Assembly: GCA_009602725.1 (NCBI GenBank)
Contig: WELB01000019.1
Span: 275,705 to 339,704 of the forward strand
Length of the DNA stretch: 64,000 nt
Origin: Spirogloea muscicola
Taxonomy: Eukaryota
Direction: 5' to 3'
Shown: positions 41,001-55,191 of the stretch, in pieces
How positions within the stretch are numbered: position 1 is the first letter of the stretch
How the letters are laid out: every line of letters begins with the position of its first letter
The notes under the pieces: generated by a model
Told to the model about the DNA's origin: nothing
Database searches by the model: none
Seen by the model: only the letters and a program-made list of their open reading frames with translations
Made by a program: the position numbers and the translations under genes

Positions 41001-42214
41001 TCCAAGAAGCTCGCACTCGAAGGCGGCTGCAGCGGAGCTCGCCAGCAGACCTGACTGCGAAGCCGGCCGCCAAAGATGCGGTGGACGAGCGTGGCGGTGC
41101 TGGCAGCGGCCGCCGCGGGGTTGCGGGCGATCGCAGGCGGCAGGCAGGCGCGGTGCAGCGCCTCGAGCAGGTGCCGCACGAACTCGTGCGCGTCCTCCTG
41201 ACGGCCCGGCCGGAACGCTCGGGAGATGCCTAGCCCGGCCGTGTCAAGAGTCGGCGACGCGCTCACGGACATGGCATCGATCGCCACTTCTCGGGGCGGT
41301 CGACCGATGACAATGACCGACAGGCAGCGAGCGAGCGAGCGAGAGCCGGCGCCGCGTGTGCAGGATACTGCGCAGGTTGCGGACGAGGGCGGCGGGGGCG
41401 ACGACGCGGCCGGGGCTCCGCAGCACGGCGCCCACGTGCGCCTCCAGGGCGCAGAAGGCGCAGAAGCCCGCCGCCTGGCCTGCCCGGCAGCAGCCGCGGC
41501 AAACGGCGGCTGGTTTGGTAAGCGGCGCCAAGCAGAAGTAGAGGAGGAAGGAGAGAGTCAGGAGAAGTGGGCACTGTGAGAAAGAGAGAGAGAGAGAGGG
41601 AAGAGGGAGGGAGGCGCGCACGGGGATGCGGGGTGTGGGGTCTCACAGGCTGGGCGGTGGGCGGCGGCCTGGAGGACGGCCGCAAGCGGCGGCGTGTACG
41701 TCAGGCACTGGAGCACGGAGTTGAGGAAGCAGGTGTTGCCCAGGTTGGCGAGCCCCGCCCCCTGCGCAACAGAGGCCCCCGCCGCTGTAAGCGGGCGCCG
41801 CTTGGGGTGGGCAGGGCGAGGAGTCTTAGGCCGCCGACGGTGGCGGCAGGAACGGTGCGCCACAGGGTACGCATTGTGGCAGGAACAGCAAGTGGGCAGC
41901 ACTGACCGGCGTCGCAGAGGAGGTGGGACGCGGGGAGGAAGGAGTGGCTGAGTGGAGGTGAGGCGGGAGGGACTGAGGGAGACGGGGAGGGGGGGGGCAG
42001 GAGGAAGGAGGGTGGTGAAGCCGGGAGGGCGGGGAAGAGGGAGGGAGGAGGGAGGGAGGAGGCAGGGAGGGCGCGGAGAAGAGAGAGAGAGGGAGAGGAG
42101 AGAGAGAGGAGGGAGGGGGAGGTGGGACCCACCACTCGCCGGACGCCCTGCGCGCCGAGGCCATGGCCGTCGCCGGCGGCGCCGCAGCCGGCGGCCTCCG
42201 CGGCGTCGCCCTGC
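38060..42214 (-). CDS. UBP23: Ubiquitin-specific protease, UBP23/USP36-42-like (5' end uncertain, may lie in gap)
   Basis: [81 protein letters not shown], and C-terminal [13 protein letters not shown]...NPF. Confidence 0.9.
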
Positions 42215-42675
42215 NNNNNNNNNNNNNNNNNNNNNNNNNNNNNNNNNNNNNNNNNNNNNNNNNNNNNNNNNNNNNNNNNNNNNNNNNNNNNNNNNNNNNN
42301 NNNNNNNNNNNNNNNNNNNNNNNNNNNNNNNNNNNNNNNNNNNNNNNNNNNNNNNNNNNNNNNNNNNNNNNNNNNNNNNNNNNNNNNNNNNNNNNNNNNN
42401 NNNNNNNNNNNNNNNNNNNNNNNNNNNNNNNNNNNNNNNNNNNNNNNNNNNNNNNNNNNNNNNNNNNNNNNNNNNNNNNNNNNNNNNNNNNNNNNNNNNN
42501 NNNNNNNNNNNNNNNNNNNNNNNNNNNNNNNNNNNNNNNNNNNNNNNNNNNNNNNNNNNNNNNNNNNNNNNNNNNNNNNNNNNNNNNNNNNNNNNNNNNN
42601 NNNNNNNNNNNNNNNNNNNNNNNNNNNNNNNNNNNNNNNNNNNNNNNNNNNNNNNNNNNNNNNNNNNNNNNNNNN

Positions 42676-42821
42676 CGGCGGAGCCGGTGGTGGCCCGCGG
42701 CTACGACTTCCCAGGGGGCGCCGTGGACTACGGCGCGCTCCTGGCGGCCATGGCGACCACGGGCTTCCAGGCCTCGCACCTCGCGCAGGCCGTCGCCGAG
42801 GTCGACCGCATGGTGCGCTCT

Positions 42822-42857
<36 letters not shown>

Positions 42858-45147
42858 TGCCGCCGCTGCTGCAATTCCCGCCGCGCTGCACTGCCAGCAC
42901 CATTGCCAGGGCTTCGGGCCGCCGAAGCGGTGGTGATGACAACGTGAGGACAGATCCCAGACGTCCAACTCCCAATCAACTAAGCCTTGCTCAAAGCCTT
43001 TAGTTTGACAATGAGAGCACACTTGAGCATTGGGGCTTGGGTGGCAAGCGATGCAGCTGGCGTGGCGGCTGGCGGACGAGCCGGTGGAGGTGGACGAGGA
43101 GGAGGAGCGGCGGGGGTCGGCTTACCGTGCCTCCACGGCGGCCAAGATCTTCCTCGGCTTCACGTCCAACCTCGTCTCCTCGGGCCTCCGCGAGACCATC
43201 CGCTTCCTCGTGCAGCACCGTCAGGTGTCCACCCATTGCCTGCTTGGCCTGCGGGATGAAGGGGTTTGTCTTTAAGTTGCATCATTCACAGTACAGCTCC
43301 TGCTGCCCTGCACACCTTCATTGCCGCCGCGCACAGCCAGCGGCGGCTGGCGTCGCCCTCAGCGTGAGTCTGACCAGCCGGCGTCTGCGCTTATCTGCCA
43401 GGTTCACGTGGTCGTGACGACGGCCGGTGGTGTGGAGGAGGACCTGATCAAGTGCCTGGCACCGACGTTCTTGGGCGACTTTGGCCTGCCTGGCGCTGCA
43501 CTTCGTGCCAAAGGCCTTAATCGTATTGGCAACCTGCTGGTGCCCAACAACAACTACTGCGCTTTTGAGGACTGGGTCATCCCCATCCTCGACCGCCTCC
43601 TGGTCGAGCAGCAGAACGAGGTCGCTCGATGCACTACCACTCCCCATGCCTGACACTCTTAGTGCCACTGGGGTGGCCTCACAATCCAGGGTCAATGGCT
43701 GGCTTGTTAGCATGCTCGTCTGCCACCTCTCTTCTTGCTATCGTGCTTCACAGAGGCGACATGTAAGCATACCTGCCAAGGGCCGTCGGAGAAGGTCGCT
43801 GCTTGGTGTCTCCGCTGCCAGTATCTGACCTGGTGCCTAGCCCTTTGGTCATCGGGTCGCAGGGGGTGCTATGGACACCGTCGAAGATCATTGCGAGGCT
43901 TGGGAAGGAGATCAACCACCCCGACTCCTTTCTATACTGGGCATACAAGGTGCCACAGATTGTGGCATGTGCCCGCCTGCAGCTGATGTTCTTTCGAAGT
44001 GGAGCAACTAGCACCCTTGGTTTCAGCCTGTTGCGAGAAAAAGAGCTGGACGCTGTAGTCACAGGGGGCTGCAAAAGTTTGGTCACAGGTCAGTAACCTT
44101 ATATTGGGTTCCATTTGCACGCATGATGGCAGAATGACATCCCTGTCTACTGCCCCGCTTTGACGGACGGATCTCTGGGAGACATGATCTACTTTCATTC
44201 CTACCGGAATCCAGGCCTTGTGATTGACATGGTGCAAGGTATCAGCACTGCCTCAACTTCAACTTGCTCGTGAGCTGCAAGGAGTTACTTGTGCTTGTTA
44301 TGCATGCCTCACATTTGGAGGTGAGGGTCTGTGACTTAGGGTAAGGCTTCAGGAGTGACATACAGCAATGAGTAATAGCTTGATGCGGCCAAAAAACAAT
44401 ATCTTGAGTTATCATTTGCATTCGGAGAGCACAGGCATTGGCAGCAAGCTGACCCTGAGTGCCCTCCTGTGAAGATATCAGGGCGATGAACGGGGAGGCG
44501 GTGCATTGCAGCCCACGGAAGACGGGCATCATTGTGCTGGGCGGCGGCCTGGCCAAGCACCACATTTGCAATGCCAATATGATGCGCAATGGTGCCGACT
44601 TCGCCGTCTTCATCAACACCGCACAGGAGTTTGATGGGAGTGACTCTGGCGCCCGACCTGATGAGGCCGTCAGCTGGGGGAAAATCCGTGGTGACAATAC
44701 GGCTGTCAAGGTAAGGGCAGAGCTCTGCATCTCCAGCTCCAACTTGCCTGCAGGTTGACTCAGCAACCTTGCCATTACACAGAAGCACATAGGAGTCATC
44801 AGATTTTGGCTGGAATATCATGTATTGACAGACGCTTCTCATTGACAAGCAAGAACGTCACAATGGCAGAGCCACGCCCTTGCTGTGGCTGCACAGCTTG
44901 CCAGGGCATCACAGCTCTTTGCTGCGTCACTAGGCATCATCGTCAGCTTCATGTCAGATGTTGTTTCTAATAGTGTCACGGCATCTTGCTGCAGGTCCAT
45001 TGTGATGCAACCATCGCTTTCCCCCTCCTTGTGGCTCAGACCTTTGCTAAGCAGGTTCAGAGGTGCTTAGACCAGAACAACAATGCAGAAGCTTCAGAAG
45101 CTAATGGATTACCCATCACTCACCATATGCACCTAAACAGACCATGA
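42676..45147 (+). CDS. DHS: Deoxyhypusine synthase (start in gap)
   Basis: [103 protein letters not shown]. Confidence 0.95.
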
Positions 45148-45711
45148 CAGCCACGGCTTCTCTGCTGTAAGGTAGCCATCTCCTCTTGGTGAGCATGGGC
45201 AATCTGCCTGAGTGGATCGAAGCAGCTGCTACCACCGAGCTTGAATATAGGCCACAAAATTTTGTTGTCCCTTGCCTTCGGCCTTGCCCTCCGACATGGG
45301 AGCTCCGTTCTCATATGCCATATCTCCCTGGATGCATCACCAGCTTTATATGTGGTTAAGTACTTCCTCATGTGGTTTTCAAGCAACGATGAAAATGATT
45401 GGAGGGGTTTTGATAAAGGGAGGGGGACTTGGCAGGGGGCGTTGGCTGCGCGGCAGGGAGGGGGGTTTCTTTGACTCCAGAACGAAGCTTAACACGTTGA
45501 GACGTACACTGATATTGCACGTGTTCACACGAAGTCGTCCTCTGAATTGCTCTTTGCTGGACTAGTTGCTGCATGTCTTTTTGGAGACTGGCCCATCACC
45601 TGCAAGAAGTAAGCATCCAAGGGGAGCAGGTGTGAGTGCGTACTTCTTCTATATTTGACGAAGATACATGTACTTCTGTGTTTAAAAACAAGAGGACTTG
45701 AAGAAGCAAAT

Positions 45712-48700
45712 TCAAATGCTTCTGTCTTGATACTTTGCACGCACCACACTCTGTGGTGGACAAGTGCTTTCCTTCAATAGTTTTGGAGGTGTCCTAGGAA
45801 GCCTTTGCCTCTTGGTGACATCACCAGCTCTGCCTGCCCACGGTGTGCTCTGCAATAGGAGAGCCAGTCGAGAAGGCGAAGCAAGAAGGCATGAGAGTAG
45901 CTCCTGCAATGGCAGGTGTTGAGGTGCAGAAGGATCACGTGTGACCTGCATGTTAGCAAAAGCCCGCAGCAGACATAATGATAAACAATATGTCTAAGGG
46001 CAATTGAAATTTACAAAGCGCAACTTTGAAGTCGTGTTCATTTCGGGCAGAGGCTTCCACTGCTCGTTGTGGGTAGTCTGGAGTCCGTCAACTTCGAGAG
46101 GCTTGTCGAGGACAAGCTGGTCGAGAATGACAAGCTGAATGAGCAGCGAGAATGTACGAGGAATTAGTCAGTGTAAAGCTTGTGCACAACAAGCTTATGC
46201 AAAGAATGTTCATTGTATTGGTGAGCAATCAAAACTTTGGACTCTAGTCTGATCTAATACAAGCATGTAGAACAAGGGGATGGCATGTGAAGCACCTTGT
46301 CGAGTAAGTGCTGATTTTGCATGTCAGCTGCAAGTACATGAGCGCCAACAAAGTTGTTGCAACGCCTACAGCAGACTGACGACCACACACAGCCATCCTC
46401 CACGACCCATGAGCCAGAGCTTTTCTTGTCAGCAACTCCCAGAGCACAGGCCTTCTCCAAATAAAGCACTCGAGTAAGATCTGTACTGACGTCAGAAGGG
46501 CAGCAAACCCTTTCATGCGAAGTTGTAGCATTGCCAGGGTAGCTCTCTCTTGCCAGCCTAGTGATGAAGACCTTGCACAACGTGATCCAATCTGGAGCAT
46601 CGATTGCACTGCCCATGCTCTTTACCAAGGCTATCAGATTGCTGCAATGCCTGCAGGTAAGAGCTCTTCCTGCTTGACAGTCTTGACTGGATCGTTCCTG
46701 TGGATGGTTGGCCACAGCAACTGCTCCTGAGTGAGGAGATCTAATGAGCTTCTCGCAGTCTTCCTGCCAAGTGAGTATTTGAGATGACCCATCCTCTTGA
46801 TCAACCTTCTTGGAAGCCATTGCCTGTCCATCAGCTCCTAGAGGGCTTGAAGTCTTCTCTTGCGAAAAAGGTACTGCCAAAGATTGCATGGGAGGGTGTG
46901 TCGCTTGTGTATTGCTTTGACTATTTTTTTGGCCTGGCTGGTCCCAGGCAGGGTCTTCAAGGCATGCTTGGAGAAGCTCGTCGAGGTCGTCGTCCCTCAG
47001 GAGAAGACTTTGTTCAGCACTCGATGCTGATGGACACAGGGACACCTGCTGACATGGCACAGCTGTCTCGACGCAAAGTTTCTCTGCACAATGAACACCA
47101 GCATGTCGCACTGATCTTATTGCGGCTGCCAGCTTGCTTGCCGCTTGACAAGAATCTATTGCCACCTTCGTATGTATCTCTGCGAACTGCTTCCCCAGCA
47201 AAGGTTCACACTTGGAGTCTGTATCGGTCCTTGACAGCTTGCAAGACGACGGGTTGAGCACGTTCTGCACGTCAACAAGAGGTAACCTGCAGATGGAAAA
47301 GTCCCTTGTCAATGTGCTAGTCCAGATAAACGGGCAAGCACTTCAGGTTCCTTAGTAGACGGTGCTCCTTGCATGTTGTAGCTGTCCTAGTATTCATCAC
47401 CTTCTGATGTTGCCAAGAAGTGGCTTTGCTGCATTGCTTTCTTTCTCCTCCTTGAGCACAGGAGGAGCCGATTGTGTGAAGATGGGGAACATTCGTGGCT
47501 CGCCCAGCGGCAGTGTAAGTGCTTTGCAATTGGCACGAGGGGAGTCCTGGCAAATGGGACAAAACTATTTGTGCCGTAAGAATGGCAACATTGTGCATCG
47601 CATCATGAGGTGATGCAATGTCAGGTGGCTTAATATGAATCATCACAATTGCTGTGCTAAGCTACATGATAAGCAATCCTGTTCTTGATGGCATGCACAT
47701 GTCCAGAGGTAATTGAGAGCAGATGCTCCTGTCCAGGTACTGATTGTTAAGTGCTATGTACTAAAAGGATATATAGTCTGCTGACCTCCAACTTGGCAAA
47801 AAAGTCGGCAAGATGCTGCAAAGAAGCCTCATAATTGCTGTGATGTTGGACTGAGTTTCGCAGCCACCTGGAGAGATTGTTCACGTGTTCCTGCTTTTTG
47901 AATCGCTCATCTGTATATGCACGAAAGCAAGTAGCTTATGTAAGAGTGGAGCAAGACGCATATGCTGGTCAAGCTCTGGTCACTGAAGGAGTTGCAACAA
48001 TTTCATGCACATGTGACAATACAGAGCTCTGAGAAATTGACGAAGCTAAAGTACCTAGAAGAAGGATGGCCCCGTAGTCATTGCGATGTCGAATGCAGCG
48101 GCCTACAGAGTGCGACGAAGATAATCAGAGCACTCAAAAGCGTGGAATGGCTGCCTGCTCGATCTTGATGTCCAGATAAAATCGACAACGGTTGTCGTCT
48201 TTGATGATCCTTAGCACACACCAGCTGAAGGCAGCTGGTAAAAGAAATTACCAATGGCCTGATTGATTGCTCGGAATGCTTGCTGGCGGTACCACTCATC
48301 CCCACTCAGGAGCGGCCTTGATTTGCAATTTTCATCATTGTAACGCTTTTTCAAGTTCACCTCAGGGTCTTTGCTGTGCACAGGAGAAAATGTTATCCAG
48401 TCAACAGCAGACAGTCCATACAGAGAGATGTGACAAGCTGCTATAGAGTATAAACAGCTATACATGTATTATCACCAGGCAGTCGCTGTCAAGATTGATC
48501 CTGCAACTTACACATTGGGGTATGGGATGCCTACTACTATCTGCCTTCCAAGCGTCAAGGTAAGTGGCAGCTTGTATTTGAAAGTCAGTGCAAGTGAAAA
48601 CAACAAGTGCAATGGTGTGGCGAAGCAGGACAATATGACCTCTCGAAAGTTGGCAATGTGCAAACAATCAATTGATACAGAATACCAGTCATAGTGGGTG

Positions 48701-51700
48701 CTCAAGTTTCAAGGATACAACTGCTCTTGCATTCGCATCTGCAAAGTCGATACCTTCAGAGACCTTCAATGTCAAAGAACATGCAGTGTTGGCATCCTTG
48801 CAAAGGTCTCACAGCCAAACAATGTTACATGCATACCTTGTGCACCTGCCTCAATGTATCTGCAAATCCCTACACGAGCATCAAGCAGACAGCATGCTCC
48901 ATGCGTTCTACAACCAACCTTGCCCCTGCAGACTGCCAAGAAGATGGCCCCTGAGGAACCAGGTCCCTTTGTTGCTTTGCAAGCTGGCTTGCGATGGATA
49001 GGTAGCTTCTGACGACCTTTCTTGGCAAGTCTGCTGCTCTGATGGCGGGCCTGAATGGCAACGTAATAACGTTGCAATTCCTTCTCAAACTCCTCATCAT
49101 TTCCCCGCGGCTCTGCTCCCCATTTGAGTCGAGGACCACAGTGTGGTTGGTAGCAGTGAGTGCTTTGATATCAGTCACATCAATAGAGCACTGCAACATG
49201 AGAAATAGAAGAAGAGCATGCACAGCTCACATACAGTAGTTTCCTGACCTCTGAAGAGTGGCTTCTTCGCATTGATGCGGCTCCACTGGCCTGTGGTGTG
49301 CCAACGGACGCAAAGCTTGTCCAGGAGCTTGTAGCTCGTGAAGAAGACGAGCAGCCCATCTGGGACAATGCTACTGCAGTCCTCCAGGAGCTTCCCTAAC
49401 GAGTCCTGTAATCAGCGAATTGCATATCTACGTCTCATGAAACCTAAAGCTGAGGCCTCCAGAGACAGCTATCCTGTCAGTCAGACATTATAGAGATTAA
49501 TACTTTGAGGTTGTTTGACGAGACCCACTTCTTATATTAAGAGCAGAAGACGTCATTCCCACCTGGAAGCTCAGTGAGTCTGCATGCTTATATGTGGAAT
49601 TAAGTGCAACATTTTGAGGGCCAGTAGAAAGTGCTCCAGCCCAGACCTGCACACAAATACAGAACACCCGGTCAAAGTCAGAGTAGGGTGCTTCGCTTTT
49701 GCCCTTGACTCTGTAATTGACTTGTCGTCCAAGGTGCTGCCTTAGACTCAAACACTCAAGCCTGCTCACATGGTCAGGTCTTGCTATTTCAGTCAGAGCT
49801 CAATACACAGAGCAGGCATTGTATTGGTAAGTGACTGACTTGCTTAGCAATATCAACAACGTGGCAACCCTCCATCCGGGTCGCAATTTCAATGCCTAAT
49901 TCCGTTGCAAAGGAGTCCAGGGGGGAAAGCGTGCTGATGGATTCCATATGTTGACAATTAGTAGAGTACCACCTTTCGATGCAGACATGCATGTAAAGAC
50001 ATGCAGAGAATTGTCACAATGCTAAGCAGCTCATGCTTAGCATTAAATGCCTGCATGCTGTTTCCTCTGCACAATGCCCTATAAGTCAATTGACTTGAAT
50101 AAATTTACCCTGATGTGAGGATGATGCTTCGCGAGAGTTTTGCAAGCTCGTCAAAAGCGACGGCTGGATTTAAACACCAAAGGTTGAAAGTAACTTTTGA
50201 CATTCCTGCATCTGTCTCCTCACAGGCGACGTCAACTACTTATTATTAAGGATGAGGCAGACAGTTAGACTATCCTCTGAGTTCTAACAACATACAATTT
50301 TCTCTGAAAGAGACATTGCATGTATGTGCCTTGTGATAACCACATCATGTCACATGCAGCTCAGTTGATGCGTAAGCACAGGAACAACATCTGAAGTTGA
50401 TCTGCACCTTGGTTGAAAATCTTTTGCACTACAAGGCGAAAGTCGCGCAGCCTCTCTTTGTTTTCGTCGAGGAGAAAGGTCAAGCTTGTGAACAGACCTG
50501 AGCAAGCAACAATCTGTTTCTTAGCATTGTGCGGGAAACAGATATCACAAAGCATATTTCTTGGAGCACAACAGACGACTACCCTCTCTGCAACATACAG
50601 TAAATTGAAAGAGAGATTTCGTCCCCCCACCATGTGATTATGCTTATTGCAGCAGATTGTGAGGTAATCTGCTAAACAATTGCCTAGATGAGTAAAGGGG
50701 TCAAATATGACCTTCCAATGTTGCTGCAGTGAGGCCATTCAATTGTTGCGTTTTTGGATCAGCCTCTGTGGCAGCTGAAACAGCCTGTCAAACAGGCAAT
50801 GCGAAGGCGAGATGGTTAAGTACAGCTCTTGAATGTAGTGGCTATTGCTATGACGCATTCATGGTAACAGATTGAGCAGTGTAATCTCCTTCTCAAAGAG
50901 CTTGCACTGTAATTTCATCAGCCCACCTTCTTTGCACACTCTCGAAGGACATTGGAGACGCTTCGGTTGAGGCCAGCCAATGCCAGCTCCTGAATGATGT
51001 CATCTCCAACAGAGCTACAGCATGTCAAAGTATCTCCATCTCTGGTCACTTCGTGGATATGAGTCTGGTGCATGCTTTTCATTGCAGAAAGGGAGGCTGT
51101 TAGGTCTTCCAGTTGACTCACACAGAAAACCCTCTGTCATTTTCTATCGGCACCAGCTTATGTGCTCGGCTCCTCAGCCAGGCAATCATTTCCTGCCATG
51201 CATGCATTAGGTACGGGCTGTATAGTGAGAGGCTGTGCTTCCAAATTTACCGTCATGAATTCTGGGAACTGTGATATCGCTCTGATGACATATATGAGTT
51301 CGAAATGTGATTTCACCCTGATGATTTTTTTGAGTATGAACAGTCTGCCCTCCATAGGCTCTTGCAAAGAGCGACCTGACATGCTATCACTGCACCTGCA
51401 TCATCTCTGCAAGCGGCTGATATATGTCTGGCGCAAGTCCTGTGAGTACCATGCGCTCCAAATCAGCGCCCAGATCTGTGACACTCAGCATCACGAGTGA
51501 GAGTCCTGACAGGCGAGAGGGATGGCTCAGCTTTCCCCTGAGATTCTGGAGGACCCCCCTTGCAGGCTTGTGCAGCATGCCGCTGTTACTCACCAGTCAG
51601 TAGGCCCAAGTCAACAGCGAAGCTGGCAGCTTCTCGAGCAACGTCCTCAATATTGCTGTCATGCAGCAATCAAGCACCTCGTCAGCAATGACACCCGAAA

Positions 51701-53605
51701 CACCTAAACTTATATTTAGGCTGCTGGATACCTGGATTTACTGATCCAGGTTGTTGACCCCGAAAGACTTTTTAGTGCTTACTGTGCTTCATCTATGATC
51801 ACAACTGCACCAGTCAGATTGATTTCCATTGCCCTTCTTATGACCGGATCCACCAGGTAATTGTAGGGGCAGAGCACAAGCTCGGCATCAGAAGCCATTG
51901 CTCGTGCTGCATAATAGGCACAACCTGGCAAGTAAGAAAGTCTTGATAAGTCGTTTGCCGAGAGACACAGTGAAATAGAGAGTTGAGACAAATCGCAGAA
52001 GTGTAACGCTGCTGGCTTACTGCATGCCTTCTGTTGGGGCAGAAGGTCTACCCTTCTGCAGTACCTTTTACACTCTGGCCAAGTGCGACAAGGTCCTCAA
52101 TGTCGTGTATTGAAGCTGTACCGCCTGGCCGCAGGGATGCATGACCTTTGACCTTGTGCATGTTCCTAGAGCACTTTGTGAAGGGTCAGGCACCAAGCTA
52201 GAGACTCAACACCAAGCTACACAGTACCAAGTGTGACAAGCACGTTTCAACTTCTCTCACATATACCTCTTGGGCAAGAGTTCGGGATATCAGAGCTATT
52301 TATTATGTCCAGGCAGAGAAACGATACAAGAGATGTTGATGTGGGCAGCCAGTATGACAACCTGAAATAGGAGCAGCCTTTGCTGGTGTCTTTGATGAGC
52401 ATTTTGCTGGACACCAGTGCACAGGCAAAACAGTCAGGTAAAGAGCTGGTCATTCTCCAGGGCAAGTGGTGCACTACCTTCTATGTGCTCATGTTGCAAA
52501 CAAATGAGGATGCTCCTGCAGCTCATGATTTCTTTGACCAGAGCAGAACCTGCAGTATCATGACATGTTGCACTTATGATGACCTGGTCTAAACAGCGTG
52601 CCTGCCAGTGCTCCGTAAACTCTGGGGCTCACCATTCCTGATCTACTGCCTGCTTCTTGAGGACCGCCTTATTTGTGCAATAGTGCTTGCGAGCAGCCTG
52701 CGCAAGAATTGTAAGACAAAATTAAAGTGAACGTATGAGTCCACAATGCCATTGCAGCTATTGCAAAAGCCCGTACAATCTGCCCTATGCAAGTTTCAAA
52801 GTGAGGCTCAGAGTACATTGAAGAGCCAAGCTTACAAGGATTGCCATGGCAACTTTGTAGCCACTTTTGTGCAGCTCCCGTACAACCTGAGAAATCTGAG
52901 AGTGTGTCCTCCTGTTGCAATACGAGCAGCGTGCCTTAATTCGAGCAAGTCAGAGAAGTCCAAGGCACCTCCCGAGAAACTTTGACCTTCAGTAGCTAAG
53001 TCAGTCTGACCTCAAAATGTTGCTAACATAGTTACAAAGGCCCTTGAATTAGCAAAGGGCCTTGACTCATACGTGCCATAGAAGATCTTCGGGATGCACG
53101 GCTTTTCCTTCTCCGCCTCCTTCACTTCAGGAGCAGTATGTGCCTCAGCTGCCACACCTGCAGCACCTCAGCCAAGCACCATACATGTGAGCCTTTGCCA
53201 GATGTTAGCTGCTTCAAGTCATCCTGAGCGACAGCCAGCCTGCTGACCCGGGTCTGGCGTCCCTCGAAGGAAGCCCCCTTCGCCATGGTACTCGCCGGAG
53301 CTGGCTGCTTCTTTCCGCACCGTCCATAGCTTGTTATCCCTGTAGTGCTGCTGCCAGGCAAGTGCCGCGCAGAGGAGCGCCAGGGTCTTCCCCGAGCCAG
53401 TGGGGGCTTCCAGGAGGGCATTCGCGTGGCCCTGCAGCCTGCTGCTGTCCAAGGTCGTGAGGACCTTGCCGATGAAGGCCAGCTGCGTGCCGTAGGGCTT
53501 GTAGGGGAAGCGGACCTTGAATCCAGCGACGGCATACTCGTCTGCCTTCTTGCCCTCGCACAGCTTGCTGGCCACTGCCGGACCAGGACGTGGCCCTCCT
53601 TCCAT
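45712..53605 (-). CDS. FANCJ: FANCJ/BRIP1-like (XPD family) DNA helicase
   Basis: [118 protein letters not shown]. The last two exons are inferred. Confidence 0.9.
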
Positions 53606-54264
53606 CTGAACCGCGGGGCTTGGAGCCGCATGGCCTTCAGCTGAACATCTTCACAACTGTGACATCCTGGCCGCCGCCTCCCTCACTGATCAACATATGC
53701 GTCGGCGCTCTTGGTCTGTGCAGCAGCCCCGGCTGCGGCGCCAACATTGTGATCTAGCCAGCTGATCTGACCATCTAGTCGACCTCCGAGCACGACCCTT
53801 AGCTCCGCGACACCTCCTGCCGGGCAGAATTGGGCGCGCGACAGCTCGGCCTTGCCCCCCCAGCCGCCACCGCCGCTGACGTCGCGCTCTCACTCAGGCG
53901 CACGGCGGCGCGCGCGCGGCGGGCGGAGGGGCCTCGGCAGTGGCGGAGGAGCCAGGCAGGCCTGGCGACGCAGCGCGGCGCGAGGGACGCGGCTGGATCC
54001 GCGGCGGCAAGTACGGCGGGTGGCGGGGGGGCCGACCGGGCCCCGTTTTCAAACACCTGTACTGGCCCGCCGCCAGCCCGCCTCTTTCGGCCTTCGATTT
54101 TTTCAAATACACGAAATTCTTCCGGCGCGCAGGCGGGCCAAAGATTACAGATAGATGCCAAAAGAATAAGAGAGAAGGCGCGCGGGGGGCATTAATTGAA
54201 AGGGAGGCCAATTCAAGCCAATACATTGTTCAGGCAAAGGAAAGGAGAAAGACTCTTCCAGTAG

Positions 54265-54545
54265 AGAAGAGAAAGGGCTCGCCCATAGAGAGGGCAATGG
54301 CGGTGAATTGGCCAAGAGGAAAGAAAGAAAGTGGCCCGAAAAGAATGGACAAGGAGGTCCGAAAGCCAAAGAAATAAACACACAGCTACTGTAGGCATGT
54401 CCATTTCTTTTTGGGCTGGCTTTGCCAGCCCCTCTTTCTCTATGGGCGAGCCTTCTTCTACTGTAGGCAGCTAGACAAGAAGACACGACGAAGTCACAGG
54501 AAGCTCAATACCCACGGGTGAGCAACATCAGGTCAGAGTAGCTCG
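54265..54545 (-). mobile_element. RLE-LINE subfamily C 3' fragment with a nested 60-bp tail insertion (54398-54457, +)
   Basis: SYSDLMLLTRGY*. The nested insertion is flanked by TSD CTACTGTAGGCA at 54386-54397 and 54458-54469. Confidence 0.75.
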
Positions 54546-55191
54546 GCGCCCGAAGGGGCCAGGAAAAGCGGATCCTCAATCAATTGCAGATTCAGTGGGT
54601 CAATGAAAGCCACCACGCAAGGTCGAGTAAGGGCTTGAGGGCGTCAATAGAAGGCACCCGCAGTCTATTCCATTGTCTTAAAGCGTATAATTGAAACCTT
54701 GGGTAGATGTGAGCCCTTCGATCAGGTGCCACAAGTGCAACAATACACAGCATAACATGTATTGACAAACCCCCAGGCCCCTTCCAACCCTCCCTCCACC
54801 TGTCTCTCCACCTTCACTCTCAATCTTATCCTACAAGTTGCACACTTCGAACTCCCTTTCGAATGTTGTGCACCTAGGGGTGCTTGAGTGGCCAAGCATG
54901 AAAGCACCTGGTAGCTTCATTTCACTGTCCAATCGTTGCAACCTTGAGCAGCTTCTGACACACAGGAAGGTGGGAGAGGACCAACTATCGGCAGGAAAAT
55001 TGTGGGATTGTGTGCTAACCACTAGTATTGTATGCAACTTCTCAAAGACAAGCATCGTAGCACACCTTAGATGCTTGGCATCTCCTTCTAGAGTGGACAT
55101 CTGTAGCATCAGAATAAAGGCTACGCTCAACCTTATTCACTGAAATCAAAAAATGAAATACTATGGCCTAGATCTGCTTGTGATCCTATTT

